From contig JACPAG010000003.1 of NCBI GenBank assembly GCA_016180945.1, positions 39,312-103,311 on the forward strand: a DNA stretch of 64,000 nucleotides. Reading direction: 5' to 3'. This document shows, one piece after another, positions 63,199 through 64,000 of the stretch. Under the pieces are notes generated by a model that saw nothing but the letters and a program-made list of their open reading frames with translations, was not told where the DNA came from and made no database searches. The number at the start of each line of letters is the position of its first letter. The stretch's first letter is position 1. The translations under genes were made by a program, and so were the position numbers. The DNA is from Candidatus Aenigmatarchaeota archaeon (GTDB lineage: Archaea > Aenigmatarchaeota > Aenigmatarchaeia > GW2011-AR5).

Positions 63199-64000
63199 AT
63201 GGCTGTTTTATCCAGTGAAGCCATAAATAGTGGCGAGGTTGCAAAATTAACTGAATACGGCGCCATTTTTCTAACCCCTCCAGAGCATGAGGGATGGTAC
63301 TTGACTGTTATCATAGCCAGTGAACTCACTGGCTATGCTACAAGTACGCTGCGCAAATTAGCTAGAAGAGGGACTCTAAGGGCAGCAAGCGTAAATGGAA
63401 GACGCTATTTTCTTGCAAAAGATGTGGATAAACTGAAAGTACCAGAGGGCTATTTGCCTGTAGGAGCAGCTGCTGCACGTGCAGGCTATTCTGAAGATTA
63501 TGTGAGACGCTTGGCAGGACGAGAAACGATTAGAAGAACGTATTTTAAACGCGGGCTGTATGTTTCTGTAGCTGATTTATCAAGATATGAAGAGGTTCCG
63601 AAAGGTTTTATAGCCAGAAAAAATGCCGCTGCAAAGTACGGGTTTACCGTCAGGCATCTGAAGAAATTGGCGTCGTCTGGCAAGATAAGAGTCATCAGAA
63701 CGAGAACAGGTCGTTATTTATCCGAAGATGACCTGAGAAGGCGGACAGAAGTTCCAGAAGGCTTTATAAGTTACGAAGATGGCGCTCGTAAATACGGCTA
63801 TAACAAAGGGTATCTGGGGCTCTTAGCAAAACAAAGAGGATTTGAAAGAAAAAGAGTCGGCAAAAGGGGTTTTGTGAAAGAAACCGATATCGAAAGATAC
63901 GTCGCTAGTTTAGGAAGGCAAGCCCCCGCTATGGATGGGACGGCTCCAGTTGCAGAAGAGCCTGATGCAAGCGCACCATTGTTGCTTACAGAATTATTCA
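63199..64000 (+). CDS. Protein with four tandem excisionase/MerR-type HTH (HTH_17-like) repeats; partial, runs off the window
   Basis: Frame open from the ATG at 63199 to the window end. A ~48-aa unit ...A(A/K)(Y/A)GY....(L/V)R(K/R)LA..G.IR.......R(Y/F)......L.......VPEG(Y/F) repeats four times. Confidence 0.5.
   Translation, partial: MAVLSSEAINSGEVAKLTEYGAIFLTPPEHEGWYLTVIIASELTGYATSTLRKLARRGTLRAASVNGRRYFLAKDVDKLKVPEGYLPVGAAAARAGYSEDYVRRLAGRETIRRTYFKRGLYVSVADLSRYEEVPKGFIARKNAAAKYGFTVRHLKKLASSGKIRVIRTRTGRYLSEDDLRRRTEVPEGFISYEDGARKYGYNKGYLGLLAKQRGFERKRVGKRGFVKETDIERYVASLGRQAPAMDGTAPVAEEPDASAPLLLTELF

Noticed and set aside
1-64000. CRISPR arrays, reverse transcriptases, restriction-modification or other defence islands
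   Set aside because: No regularly spaced direct repeats with unique spacers. The palindromic repeats found are irregular and hairpin-forming. No cas-like, RT (YADD) or methyltransferase motifs among the ORFs.

Overview
This is an archaeal chromosomal segment with mixed core and accessory content. Reading from the start:

- **Core information-processing genes.** rps9–rpoN–ksgA–RFC large subunit; aIF2-beta; RNase P subunits Pop5 and Rpp30; L15e–RpoF–L21e; cutA; tmk.
- **Condensin operon.** A small ribbon-helix-helix (RHH) gene, SMC, a HicB-like small gene, ScpA and ScpB.
- **Lipid and KEOPS genes.** Geranylgeranyl reductase and the KEOPS kinase Bud32.
- **Replication and translation genes.** S15; a primase fusion (PriS–PriL-CTD–C2H2 zinc finger); GINS51; L44e; Cbf5.
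- **Purine synthesis.** A complete de novo purine pathway in two clusters (purO/H fusion, purE, purC, purB, MTHFS, purN, folD, purD, purF, purQ, purL, purS, purM).
- **Further genes.** tRNA-Ser(GGA) with an intron; TrkH; L10e; S2–RpoK; Nop10–aIF2-alpha; S27e; L7Ae–S28e–L24e.
- **Ether-lipid cluster.** UppS, an A24 prepilin peptidase, G1PDH and GGGPS.
- **aIF5A.**
- **Accessory end.** A 558-aa coiled-coil protein, DUF460, vapBC, a pilin, a rhomboid and a protein with four excisionase-like helix-turn-helix repeats.

Several small genes are missing from the ORF track: Nop10, L24e, S27e, a Trm112-like protein and the RHH protein.

The most unusual content is non-coding. First, a conserved leader/promoter-proximal motif precedes at least 14 genes. 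It has a fixed 5' box (ATGGCWATCGAC), then a stem whose sequence co-varies between copies around a GGA/GAA loop, then GGGGATAATG. It sometimes carries large hairpin-rich inserts between the two boxes. Second, there are two families of dispersed, near-identical palindromic repeats.

No CRISPR array, reverse transcriptase or recognisable defence island is present.
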